Notes under the pieces: generated by a model
What the model saw: only the letters and a program-made list of their open reading frames with translations
Databases searched by the model: none
Told to the model about the DNA's origin: nothing
Shown here: in pieces, positions 54,633 through 64,000 of the stretch
Layout of the letters: every line of letters starts with the position of its first letter
Numbering within the stretch: the stretch's first letter is position 1
Made by a program: the position numbers and the translations under genes
NCBI GenBank assembly: GCA_963749075.1
Contig: CAVVLJ010000021.1
Span: 416,001 to 480,000 of the forward strand
From: an uncultured Pseudomonadota bacterium
GTDB lineage: Bacteria; Pseudomonadota; Alphaproteobacteria; JACZXZ01
DNA length: 64,000 nt
Direction of reading: 5' to 3'

Positions 54633-55742
54633 ACGCATCTCACCGACCTGACGCTCAAGACACTCGGAGCGCCGGAGCACGGCCAAATTACCTATTGGGA
54701 TGATACGCTCTCCGGCTTCGGATTGCGGGTGTCGCAGGGAGGAGCAAGAACCTTCGTCCTGATCCACGGGAGACGCCGCCAACGGACAACGATCGGCCGC
54801 TATCCGATCATCACCCTTTCCCAAGCGCGCACGAAGGCCAAGGAGCTCTTGGCCGAGCGGACCCTCCGCAAGCACACGCTCCCCGCTATCACCTTTGGAG
54901 AAGCGATCGACTTGTTCCTGTCCACCCATTGCGAGCAAAAGAACAAGGCATCGACGGCTCGGGAAACGAAGAGGCTCTTGCAGAAGCACTTTTCCAGCCT
55001 CCGGCCTGAGAAGCTCGAGGACCTCGCCCCGGACGTGGTTTCGCGGATCATCGACCGGATGCTTCCTACACCCTCGGAGGCCAACCACGCCTTCACGGCT
55101 GTTCGCACCTTCTTCCGTTGGACCGTTCGTCGCCGCTACCTTCTCCATTCCCCCCTTGAAGGGATGAGCCTTCCCACACGTCCGAAATCCAAAGACAGGG
55201 TGCTTACGGACAAGGAGCTGGGCCAGCTGTGGCGGGCCTGCGAGGGACAGTTTGGGACACTCGTTAAGCTCCTCATGCTTACCGGCCAACGAGTCGGAGA
55301 AATTTCCGCACTCCGCTCCGAGTACCTCAATCAGAATACCAAGACGATTACCCTCCCGGCAGGACTTACGAAGAACGGCCGTGAGCACGCCTTCCCTTAC
55401 GGTCCCGCGGCCTCACGTCTCCTGCCGAAGGACAGGCACGGGTACCTCTTCCCGGCCCGCGGGAAGGACAAGCCGATGAATGGCTTCTCGAAGTGCCGGC
55501 TGGCCCTGGACGCGAGGGCCAAGATTGCTCACTGGACGCTTCATGACCTCCGCCGGACGTTCGCGACGAACCTCGCCGCCCTCGGCGTTCCCGTGCACGT
55601 TACCGAAAAACTCCTCAACCATGTCTCCGGTACCATCTCCGGCGTGGCCGCGATCTACAACCGGCACACCTACATGGACGAGATGCGCGCGGCGATGAAG
55701 GCCTGGGAAAAGCATTTGCAATCTCTGGTGGAGCAGGCATAG
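54624..55742 (+). CDS. Tyrosine recombinase/integrase with N-terminal arm-binding domain
   Basis: WDDTLSGFGLRVS..TIGRYP..LSQAR; catalytic TGQRVGE, TKNG, HDLRRT, LNH, IYNR. Confidence 0.95.
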   Translation: MPQTHLTDLTLKTLGAPEHGQITYWDDTLSGFGLRVSQGGARTFVLIHGRRRQRTTIGRYPIITLSQARTKAKELLAERTLRKHTLPAITFGEAIDLFLSTHCEQKNKASTARETKRLLQKHFSSLRPEKLEDLAPDVVSRIIDRMLPTPSEANHAFTAVRTFFRWTVRRRYLLHSPLEGMSLPTRPKSKDRVLTDKELGQLWRACEGQFGTLVKLLMLTGQRVGEISALRSEYLNQNTKTITLPAGLTKNGREHAFPYGPAASRLLPKDRHGYLFPARGKDKPMNGFSKCRLALDARAKIAHWTLHDLRRTFATNLAALGVPVHVTEKLLNHVSGTISGVAAIYNRHTYMDEMRAAMKAWEKHLQSLVEQA

Positions 55743-55806
55743 CATTTCCTGCCCGCTAGCTGGTTCCTGGCGGCATCGCGATGCCCCTCTCACAAAGGGG
55801 TGTCCG

Positions 55807-56013
55807 ATGACACAGAAACTGGTCAGCAAGAAAGAGCTGAAATCGCTCTATGGAGTTCCGTATAGCTTCGCGCACATCGCGCGCCTTGAAGCGGCAGGCC
55901 AATTCCCGAAACGGATAAAGCTTGGTGCTTGCAGGGTGGCGTGGTTGGCCGAGGAAGTGCAGAGCTGGATAGACGAGCGCGTTGCTAACCGCGACACGAC
56001 ATCTCCTTCTTGA
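55807..56013 (+). CDS. AlpA-family excisionase/regulator
   Basis: SFAHIARLEAAGQFPKRIKLGACRVAWLAEEVQSWI. Confidence 0.9.
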   Translation: MTQKLVSKKELKSLYGVPYSFAHIARLEAAGQFPKRIKLGACRVAWLAEEVQSWIDERVANRDTTSPS

Positions 56014-56019
56014 AGGGCG

Positions 56020-56049
56020 GGGGTCTGGCTTCCAAACCAGACCCCTTTT
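56020..56049 (+). terminator. Intrinsic terminator after alpA
   Basis: GGGGTCTGG-loop-CCAGACCCC-TTTT. Confidence 0.65.
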
Positions 56050-56094
56050 CACATTTCCTATTGGGGCCAGCTACAAGGTCGTTCTCGGCGGAAC

Positions 56095-57744
56095 CTAACG
56101 GACCCTTGTCAACTTGATAAAATTTACCTGGACGTTGAAATCCATCGCCTCAATCTTCCGAGCCTCGTCACGAAGCGTTAGCTTGCTAAAGAAGGGTATA
56201 TTATGTGTCCCGTCGCGTCTCGGAAAATCTGCGATCTGGAAATCGACAGTCCAGCGGTCCTTCAGCGCCGATTTGAATTCTTGCGCTTTTTTCGTCCCAT
56301 AATGCTCCCTCACCTTTTCAATCATTCCAACCTTGAACGGATCATATTGCCGTATCAGCTGCGCAGAGTGCCCTCCTTGCTTAAAAAAGTGGCTGAGCAG
56401 GCTCGATTGACGGGAGCTCTTCTTAATATGGATAAAGCGACGCCTCTCGACATCGAGTAAGTCGCACACTTCCATACCTTGGCCTGGTACTTCGTCGATT
56501 TTAACCAACCTCCTATCCATTAGCAGGTAGCCAGCCTCCGTTTCCATTTCCTTATTGTAGGACTCCTCCGATTGGTAGGTAACTCTCGCCCTTTTTGCCT
56601 TTGGACCGGATCGATCAATTTTCCTCAGCGGTCGCAATTTTTTATCCGGCTTACCACGCAGCTTCACGAACTTTTCGTCTGCCGCATCCTTGAATAACTG
56701 ATCTATGCGATACCAATTTCCCTCGTTTAGCGCGTATCGAGCACCATTCAAAATCAACGAGCCGACAAGCGAATCATGCACTGACCAATGGTCACACGGT
56801 CGCTTATCATCCTCGATATAGGCTGCCACGCTATGCTTGTTCAAATCCTCCAAGCTCAATTTTGCTAGATTGCTTCCCAGTGCCTCCCGATACAGGTCGA
56901 GCGACAGATCAGGATAAAACTTCCCAATTCGTGCGTGCTCAAATCGAAAAGACCCGACGCTCTCCGATACAATTTTTGGAATTGCAATTTCAAACTCGTC
57001 ACTCCCTCCGCGAATGGCCGCAACGAGGGCCTCGTCAAGAAGCGATTGAACAGTGTTGTCTAAGACGGGCGAAAGAAAGTCGATGATTTGAAAACTAGTA
57101 TTCTTATATGCCTCAGATTTAAAGAAATTAACAGCTTCTACGGCAGCATCCGGTACATCGGCTATCTCGATCCTCTTCGAGAACCTCAGCGCACGAGAGC
57201 CCGTCACTAAATCTGCAAACTCGTGATCCGCCGTGTAACCGCTTACCTTTCGAATCAGGTCCAACGCGTCATCAAAACCAAATGATCGGAGATCGCGCTG
57301 TCCGGCGGCCTGTGCAAAATCTCGAATCGCTGCGCCAATATTAGAGCGCTCTACACTTCGCAGCTTATCGTCGCTAACGGCGTTGATTGCTACCTTCAGA
57401 CCGAAATCAGCCTCCGTTTTTGAGTGATCCAAATAGACGTGCCCATATGAAAACGTCAGGGCGAAAATAGATTTCTCCTTTTTGAACACCAGAACGGCGC
57501 ACGGTGACTTCGAAAAGAGGTTCTCGGGAAGCGAAAATGAAGCCTTCAGCAATTCGACCCAATTTGGAATACCTTCATGACCAGGAAAAGTGTATAGGCC
57601 GCTACCGTCGCCAAATTCGGCGGAGGGGGTCTTCGTCGCCAGTTTCCGCTTTACCAAATCTCGAGCATTTTCAGTCAACAGGTCGTCAAAGCCGGTTACT
57701 TCAGCCTTTGCAAGATACAGCGAGAACGTGTTCAGTCTTGGCAC
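56095..57744 (-). CDS. TIGR04141/DUF6119-like protein with C-terminal PD-(D/E)xK-like nuclease motif
   Basis: SLYLAK..FSYGH..DFGLKVAIN; LNEGNWY; ESYN; EVCDLL..FIHIKK....LSHFFKQG; IPFFSKLTL; GTG start inferred. Confidence 0.78.
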   Translation of the reverse strand: MPRLNTFSLYLAKAEVTGFDDLLTENARDLVKRKLATKTPSAEFGDGSGLYTFPGHEGIPNWVELLKASFSLPENLFSKSPCAVLVFKKEKSIFALTFSYGHVYLDHSKTEADFGLKVAINAVSDDKLRSVERSNIGAAIRDFAQAAGQRDLRSFGFDDALDLIRKVSGYTADHEFADLVTGSRALRFSKRIEIADVPDAAVEAVNFFKSEAYKNTSFQIIDFLSPVLDNTVQSLLDEALVAAIRGGSDEFEIAIPKIVSESVGSFRFEHARIGKFYPDLSLDLYREALGSNLAKLSLEDLNKHSVAAYIEDDKRPCDHWSVHDSLVGSLILNGARYALNEGNWYRIDQLFKDAADEKFVKLRGKPDKKLRPLRKIDRSGPKAKRARVTYQSEESYNKEMETEAGYLLMDRRLVKIDEVPGQGMEVCDLLDVERRRFIHIKKSSRQSSLLSHFFKQGGHSAQLIRQYDPFKVGMIEKVREHYGTKKAQEFKSALKDRWTVDFQIADFPRRDGTHNIPFFSKLTLRDEARKIEAMDFNVQVNFIKLTRVR

Positions 57745-57776
57745 GCCTGCACCGACCGTTAAGCCATCGACCGTAA

Positions 57777-58385
<609 letters not shown>

Positions 58386-58536
58386 ACCAACATTCTCGTC
58401 GGCCAGCTACAAAAAATGCTGACCCCGCTCCTCGAGCGACCGACAGACCGGCACGCCGAGCAGCACGCACCGGACGACACCTCACAAAGGGGATAACCGG
58501 CAGGGCCATCCTTCGATCGGGATATAATGGATCGAT

Positions 58537-58893
58537 ATGGAAGTCCGGCAGGAGCGCCACATCGCCGACATTCTCAAAGAGCGCAACATCATCCTCAGGG
58601 GCGCCGACGCCGCGACCGCCCAGGGCTTTACCCAAGTCCCGAATTTTCTCCTGAAATCAAAGAAGCTTAGCGCGGGCGACAAGATGGCGTTCGCCATGCT
58701 CCTCAGCTACGCATGGCAGAATGACTACTGCTTTCCGGGCCAACGGCGCCTCGCAGTCGATATGGGGCTAGACGAGCGCAGCGTCCGGAGGCACCTCAAA
58801 TCGCTCGAAGCCAACGGCCTCTTGGCTATCCAGCAGCGAGGGCTGGGGAAGACCAATATCTACGAATTGAACCTCAAGCCGCAGCGGTCGTAA
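58537..58893 (+). CDS. Helix-turn-helix replication-initiator-like protein
   Basis: FTQVPN..LS...K..AMLLSYAW..CFPGQ..LA.DMG..RSVRRHL..L...L....RG..KTNIY. Confidence 0.75.
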   Translation: MEVRQERHIADILKERNIILRGADAATAQGFTQVPNFLLKSKKLSAGDKMAFAMLLSYAWQNDYCFPGQRRLAVDMGLDERSVRRHLKSLEANGLLAIQQRGLGKTNIYELNLKPQRS

Positions 58894-58896
58894 GCC

Positions 58897-58973
58897 GATC
58901 CAGACCGGACAAAAATGTCCGGTCCAGACCGGACAAAAACGCTCGGTCCAGACCGGACAAAAACGCTCGGTCC
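58897..58973 (+). repeat. Iteron-like tandem repeats, 3 x 24 bp plus a partial copy, followed by an AT-rich tract
   Basis: GATCCAGACCGGACAAAAATGTCC / GGTCCAGACCGGACAAAAACGCTC / GGTCCAGACCGGACAAAAACGCTC / GGTCC. Confidence 0.85.
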
Positions 58974-59120
58974 TCTATTAATGATACGCATCTAATGAGA
59001 CCCATTTAAAAATACCCAGTATGCAAAATGCCTTTCATAGAAAGGAAACCCGGAACCCAAAAGGCGCCGCCTGGAGGCGGCCAAGGCGGGGTTATCACCC
59101 CCCCTTACGCCCCGCCTTTA

Positions 59121-61080
59121 GGCCGAGCTTTTCATTGTCCGAAGCGATAAGGCGTTGAGATAGAATCGGAATTCGCCGTTTCGGGCGCTCGAATGTAGCC
59201 ATGCAGTCGTGCCATTTATAGCTTGACGGCGCGAGGTGGGGCTGATTCGATGTGTCATGCACATCGAGTCCGTGCCCAACCGCAAATCGCACCCGACCAT
59301 CCTGCTGCGCGAGAGCTACCGCGCGGAGGGCAAGGTGCGCAAGCGCACCATCGCCAATCTGACGCATTGGCCGGAGCAGCTGGTGGAGGGCTTGCGTACG
59401 CTGCTGCGTGGCGGCGTGGCGGTGGGCGGGGCGGAGGAGGCGCTGAGCATCAGCCGCTCGTTGCCCCATGGGCATGTCGCGGCGGTGCTGGGCACGGCGG
59501 AGCGGCTCGGCTTGGCGAAGCTCTTGAACGAGCGCCGCGGCGGGCCTGACGGGCGGCGCTATCGCGACTTGGTGCTGGCCCTCATCGTCAACCGCGTGAT
59601 CGCGCCGTCGTCCAAGCTGGCGGCGGTGCGGGCGCTGAATGCGGAGACGGCGGCGTCGAGCCTGGGCGAGCGGCTGGGTTTGGGCGCGGTGGGGGAACGC
59701 GAGATATACGCGGCCCTGGACTGGCTCCTCGCGCAGCAGGAGCGGATCGAGAAGGGGCTGGCCAGGCGCCATCTGGCCGGCGGCACGCTCGTCCTCTACG
59801 ACGTGAGCTCCTCGTATCTCGAGGGCCGCTGCTGCGAACTGGCGCAGCACGGCTATAGCCGCGATCATCGTCCCGACCGGCCGCAGCTCGTCTATGGCCT
59901 GCTGTGCAACCGGGAGGGCTGTCCGGTGGCGATCGAGGTGTTCGCAGGCAACACTGCCGATCCAATGACGCTCGCAGCCCAGCTGAGCAAGCTCAAGGGA
60001 CGCTTCGGCCTGGAGCGGGTGGTTCTGGTCGGCGACCGCGGCATGATCACCAGCGCCCGCATCCGCGAGGCGCTCGAGCCGGCGGGGCTGGATTGGATCA
60101 CCGCCTTGCGCGCGCCGAAGATCCAGGAGCTCGCCCAGGGCGGCCCGCTGCAACTGTCGCTGTTCGACGAGCGCGACCTGGCCGAGATCAGCGCCCCGGA
60201 TTATCCGGGCGAGCGCCTGATCGTCTGTCGCAATCCGCTGCTGGCGGCCGAGCGCCGACGCAAGCGCGAAGCCTTGTTGGCCGCGACCGAGCGGGACTTG
60301 AGCCGCGTCAAGCTGGCGGTAGAGCGCAAGCGCGTCCCCCTGCGCGGCAAGGCCGAGATCGGCCTGGACGTCGGCGCCGTGCTCGACAAGCACAAGATGG
60401 GCAAGCACTATGAGCTCTCGATCGGCGATGCCAGCTTCACGTACCGCCGCAAGGAAAGCGCCATCGCCGACGAAGCCCGCCTCGACGGCATCTATGTGAT
60501 CCGCACCAGCGTCCCGGCCGCCGCCCTCACGGCGGAGCAGGCTGTCGGCGCCTATAAATCCCTCGCCCAGGTCGAGCGCGCCTTCCGCTGCCTCAAGACC
60601 GCCGATCTCGAAATCCGCCCGGTCTTCCATTGGACCGCGCCGCGGGTGCGCGCCCATGTGCTGTTGTGCATGCTGGCCTACTACGTCGAATTCCACATGC
60701 GAGGCCATCTGGCGCCGCTGCTCTTCCACGACCACGATCGCGCCGCTGCCGCCGCCGAGCGCAAATCCATCGTCGCCCCGGCACAACGCTCCCCCGCGGC
60801 CAAGCGCAAGGCCACCGCGCGCCGCACCGATGACGGCTTGCCCGTCCATAGCTTCCGCAGCCTCCTCGATGACCTCGCCACCCTCTGCCTCAACAAGGTC
60901 AGCCTGCCCAGCAATCAGACGTACCGCTTCGATCTGCCGACCAAGCCGACGCCCCTCCAAGCCCGCGCCCTCGAACTGCTCGGCGTCGGCCTCGGGCTGT
61001 AGTCAGTACGCGACCATCACAAGCCCGATTTATCGAGTCGGCTCAGTGACTTGCTCATGTTCAAAGTAAAAAGTTCAGGC
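59121..61080 (+). mobile_element. IS1634-family insertion sequence
   Basis: Imperfect terminal inverted repeats GGCCGAGCTTTT and AAAAGTTCAGGC, each flanked by TA; GC-rich relative to the island; exact ends approximate. Confidence 0.8.
59257..61002 (+). CDS. IS1634-family DDE transposase
   Basis: LLRESYR..KVRKRTIANL, LYDVSSSYLEG, GYSRD, VGDRGM, YKSL..VERAFR..K, RPVFHW..RVRAH. Confidence 0.93.
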   Translation: MHIESVPNRKSHPTILLRESYRAEGKVRKRTIANLTHWPEQLVEGLRTLLRGGVAVGGAEEALSISRSLPHGHVAAVLGTAERLGLAKLLNERRGGPDGRRYRDLVLALIVNRVIAPSSKLAAVRALNAETAASSLGERLGLGAVGEREIYAALDWLLAQQERIEKGLARRHLAGGTLVLYDVSSSYLEGRCCELAQHGYSRDHRPDRPQLVYGLLCNREGCPVAIEVFAGNTADPMTLAAQLSKLKGRFGLERVVLVGDRGMITSARIREALEPAGLDWITALRAPKIQELAQGGPLQLSLFDERDLAEISAPDYPGERLIVCRNPLLAAERRRKREALLAATERDLSRVKLAVERKRVPLRGKAEIGLDVGAVLDKHKMGKHYELSIGDASFTYRRKESAIADEARLDGIYVIRTSVPAAALTAEQAVGAYKSLAQVERAFRCLKTADLEIRPVFHWTAPRVRAHVLLCMLAYYVEFHMRGHLAPLLFHDHDRAAAAAERKSIVAPAQRSPAAKRKATARRTDDGLPVHSFRSLLDDLATLCLNKVSLPSNQTYRFDLPTKPTPLQARALELLGVGLGL

Positions 61081-61198
61081 TAGAATAACGGTGGTACCGA
61101 ACGGACCGCAAAGACCCGACTAGGCCGGGCGAGCGAACTACGCAGAGTGATCAGGATTGCTCTTTTAAAACAGCGCCGAGACATAATTGGGGGACGAG

Positions 61199-62179
61199 AT
61201 GAACTCATCGCAGCAGATGGGAGTATCCGGATGCCGGTTGAGTGACGGGAGATTGCACTTAGGCCATTATCTTGGTTGTCTCCATCCGGAGAAGACCAAA
61301 CAAATCGGGGAGCTCTTCTTTGTCATTCAAGACGGTAAAACCAACTACTTAGCAGGTAAACCGCCGTCCGTGGAGCCGTTAGCCCTACTTCTCGCGCAAC
61401 TATACGCCTTTTGCACTGAAGATTGCACTATTGTTCCGTGCCTCCAAAGCAAAATCTTTCCTGCCTATGCGCCACTTTTTGATTTTGCCAGAGCCGTGAT
61501 TACGTTACGGGGCCTGGAGAGGGTCCATCCGAAGAAGGATGACTTGAAGGCTGCATTCGGTATTCCTCTTAGGGATTATCTTTTTCCAGTCGATCAAGCC
61601 GTTCAGTTCCTAGCGTTCGGGGCTGATTTTATTCTCATGAATGACGACAACATTCGCTTTGCGAGATTGGCAAATAACCTTCACAAGAAGCTTACCACAG
61701 CGGAGCACCGATCTATGCCGGCACCACGAATGGCACTTGATCCGGTCCCGAGATTGCTTGGAAGCAATGGGCAAAAAATGTCGAAGGCCAACGGCAACTG
61801 CATATTCCTTACGGACGACGACCGGACTGTAACCGAGCAGATTAGGAATTACGCTCGACGAATAGGCTGGAGGTGGACAAGAGATTGCCGATGGGAGTAC
61901 GAAGGAGAAGTCGCCCTGTCAGAAGAAATAGGCTCTGGCTCTGCCCTAGCTTCGATCTGTTTTACCTTTCAACTCGATTTTCCAGATTTGCGTTTGGCCG
62001 TCGAGTCAGTGCCCGACCTTATTGAACATCTTATAAAGCGTATCGTTCCATTAATTTCTGACGTTAGAGCGCGTACGCATGAAGCCATGAAATCAAAAGG
62101 GCTATTGTTTGACCGCTTAGCGGCTGACTCCACGCGTGCAACTCACCGAATTGCGAATACGATCGGGGCACTGATATGA
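61199..62179 (+). CDS. Divergent tryptophanyl-tRNA-synthetase-like class I nucleotidyltransferase
   Basis: HIGH-like HLGH (SGCRLSDGRLHLGHYLGCL), QS, YLFPVDQA, KMSKS-like KMSKANGNCIFL; amino-acid pocket motifs altered. Confidence 0.75.
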   Translation: MNSSQQMGVSGCRLSDGRLHLGHYLGCLHPEKTKQIGELFFVIQDGKTNYLAGKPPSVEPLALLLAQLYAFCTEDCTIVPCLQSKIFPAYAPLFDFARAVITLRGLERVHPKKDDLKAAFGIPLRDYLFPVDQAVQFLAFGADFILMNDDNIRFARLANNLHKKLTTAEHRSMPAPRMALDPVPRLLGSNGQKMSKANGNCIFLTDDDRTVTEQIRNYARRIGWRWTRDCRWEYEGEVALSEEIGSGSALASICFTFQLDFPDLRLAVESVPDLIEHLIKRIVPLISDVRARTHEAMKSKGLLFDRLAADSTRATHRIANTIGALI

Positions 62180-62895
62180 CGGATCGTCGATTCGTGTTAC
62201 TCATCCGGCACGCGGACTCAGAAAAAAATGCACTCGGTCAGTTTGCTGGCGATGCGTCTTCCGACCGACTTACTATGGCTGGGAAGCTTCAGCTAGAGCG
62301 CGTAAGGAGTGAAATTAACTCAATCATTAGCGCACTTGGGATCAAGTCGATCAGAATTGCACATGCTGATTCAGAACGCGCTAAGACGACCGCAGTCGCT
62401 CTTGCGGGTCCACTCGGCGCCGCGCTAAAGGCAGTTCCAGAATTTCGCTCAATTCGGTCTGGCATTGCAGCTGGCATGACAGAAAGTGAGATCGCAATTC
62501 AGTATCCCGAGTTCTACAATTCATTGACATTATATCGTGCGGGCGTTCTGTCCTCTTACGATATACCGTATCCGCTCGGCGCCGAGCGCGTTCAGGACTT
62601 TGAACGCATAGTCGAGGGCGCGCTGAGGAATCTGCTCTCCGATGCAGTCAACCAGTTCTTCATCGTTATTGGACATAGATCATCAATCACTGCAATTCTA
62701 CTGTATTACGCACGCCTCGTTCACGAATATCCATCAAATTTCTTCGGATATATACCGTTGGACCCGTGCGTCACGTCCTGTATTGACATACGGCTAGGCG
62801 CCGAGCAGATACTTTGGGTAAACCGAACGATTGACCGATCGTTTCTCGTTGGGGTCGTTAATAGGGTCGGGAGCACAGCGTCACGAAATGGCTAA
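62176..62895 (+). CDS. Histidine phosphatase (PGM/CobC-like)
   Basis: LIRHADS..N, LT..G..Q, RA..TA, GAE, IGHRSSI; ATGA overlap with the upstream gene. Confidence 0.8.
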   Translation: MTDRRFVLLIRHADSEKNALGQFAGDASSDRLTMAGKLQLERVRSEINSIISALGIKSIRIAHADSERAKTTAVALAGPLGAALKAVPEFRSIRSGIAAGMTESEIAIQYPEFYNSLTLYRAGVLSSYDIPYPLGAERVQDFERIVEGALRNLLSDAVNQFFIVIGHRSSITAILLYYARLVHEYPSNFFGYIPLDPCVTSCIDIRLGAEQILWVNRTIDRSFLVGVVNRVGSTASRNG

Positions 62896-63528
62896 GGGTC
62901 GCCTACCTTCCAGCACCCTCTCGGCCATTATCAAAGCCGTTAGGTAATAATTTTGAATCCGCGGTAGAAACCGGTTCTTCGTAATTTCTTCTACGCAAGA
63001 AATCCAAACGTGAGCTTTCGCATCATATCGGATTCCATTCACACGTATGATCTCTAACTTTTCTTCAAACAGCTTCATGCCTGCGCTGACTGGAAGCGCC
63101 AAGAGGCCGTGCACCTCGTTTGGATCGGGGCGGTAGCTCTCAAGTGGTCTGTCATCTCTGAGCATAAAGACTCCCTGATATTCTCTATTTAGCTGACCGT
63201 TCTCCTGATCTGCCACTTCCACACGGTACCCGAGCCATTTTAAATCGCTCGAGCGCACGGTAATACCAAGCTCCTCTGATACTTCACGGATACCATCACT
63301 AAGTTCCTCACCTGTACGGAGATGCCCGGCTGCGGTTATATCCAGAAGATTCGGGTAATTCTTTGCCACAGGCGAGCGAAGCTGAAAAAGCAGGCTTCCT
63401 TTGTACTCTCCAGTTACTACCCAAAGATGAAAAGTCCGGTGCCATGCTCCCTGCATGTGTGCCGACAGTCGATCAGCAACACCGGTCTTTTTGAGATTCG
63501 CGTCGAATATGTCGATCTGTTCGGACAT
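62881..63528 (-). CDS. Nudix hydrolase (IDI-like subfamily)
   Basis: AH..G.WHRTFHLW, LFQLRS..K.YP..LD.TAAGH..GE....IREVSEELG. Confidence 0.88.
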   Translation of the reverse strand: MSEQIDIFDANLKKTGVADRLSAHMQGAWHRTFHLWVVTGEYKGSLLFQLRSPVAKNYPNLLDITAAGHLRTGEELSDGIREVSEELGITVRSSDLKWLGYRVEVADQENGQLNREYQGVFMLRDDRPLESYRPDPNEVHGLLALPVSAGMKLFEEKLEIIRVNGIRYDAKAHVWISCVEEITKNRFLPRIQNYYLTALIMAERVLEGRRPLAIS

Positions 63529-63538
63529 GGAGAGACTT

Positions 63539-64000
63539 CTACTGGTTGCGAACTGATAGGGTTCTGGCCACCTTCTGCCTCTTGGCATGAATCTCGAGTG
63601 CGGCGGTTCGACGTCCTAGAGCCGTTAGGAGGCGCTCTTCGAGAACAAGGCCTTTGTTTAATCGCTCGTAGTCGGCGATTGATTCAAACGAAGTGGTAGC
63701 AGCGCTAACGAGCGCTAGGGCGTCCATCGCCTTTTTTGTCGATTCCCTATCTTTCGGTAAGTCGCTCCCGTGGTTGAGAACACCTAAGCTCCGGGCGAGA
63801 ATCGTTGCTCGGGCGTGGTCGATCTGCGCCTTGTCGCGAACCAAGGCATCTTTAAAGTGTTCGACATTCTCGTTAAGGCCTCTCAGGGACGTAATCACCT
63901 CCTCCGCTCGGTCCAAGAACCTATGGCCATCCTCCTCCCGCTGAGTCATCATTGCCATATGCCTATAACCCTTGGCTGCTGTGAGTCGCATTTCAACTAT
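63539..64000 (-). CDS. Hypothetical helical protein upstream of the Nudix gene, probably the C-terminal part of a gene starting beyond the window
   Basis: Frame of ORF 63539..63991 stays open to the window edge; stop lies 10 bp before the Nudix start. Confidence 0.5.
   Translation of the reverse strand: MVEMRLTAAKGYRHMAMMTQREEDGHRFLDRAEEVITSLRGLNENVEHFKDALVRDKAQIDHARATILARSLGVLNHGSDLPKDRESTKKAMDALALVSAATTSFESIADYERLNKGLVLEERLLTALGRRTAALEIHAKRQKVARTLSVRNQ

Noticed and set aside
58897-58973. Possible CRISPR mini-array
   Set aside because: Repeats are contiguous 24-bp tandem units with no unique spacers and there are no cas genes; they fit iterons better
61199-62179. Calling this gene trpS
   Set aside because: Trp-pocket motifs are not conserved and the gene is island cargo, so no symbol is assigned

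Overview
GC-rich alphaproteobacterial chromosome segment (Rhodospirillales/Hyphomicrobiales-like, inferred from gene content). Bases 1-54.4 kb are mostly core and metabolic genes: two TRAP transporter sets around a GntR/FadR regulator, a small locus with three perfect FNR/FixK boxes (two Cys-rich DUF6455-like proteins and a 2OG-Fe(II) oxygenase), an aerobic benzoyl-CoA (box) cluster with a frameshifted boxB, no boxA and a flavodoxin, then acnA, htpG, fahA, pcm, helicase-S4-fdxA-carD, an AidB-like dehydrogenase, pip, a pagL-like gene and a Liv-type ABC transporter. The intergenic spaces carry three families of palindromic REP-like repeats, and an inverted pair from one family brackets a lone DUF559 endonuclease gene. 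A small AT-richer islet (decayed IS5, GIY-YIG nuclease, orphan ORF) lies at about 32.8-35.0 kb. From 54.48 kb to the window end an AT-richer integrative element follows the 5' half of a tRNA-Arg(CCT) that breaks off in the anticodon loop. It carries a tyrosine integrase, AlpA, a TIGR04141/DUF6119-like nuclease, an HTH/coiled-coil gene with internal palindromic repeats, an HTH Rep-like gene with 24-bp iterons, an IS1634, and a cargo module of a divergent TrpRS-like class I synthetase, a histidine phosphatase and a Nudix hydrolase. The best candidates for an undescribed system are that cargo module and the DUF559/REP arrangement. All family assignments come from motif recognition, not database searches.
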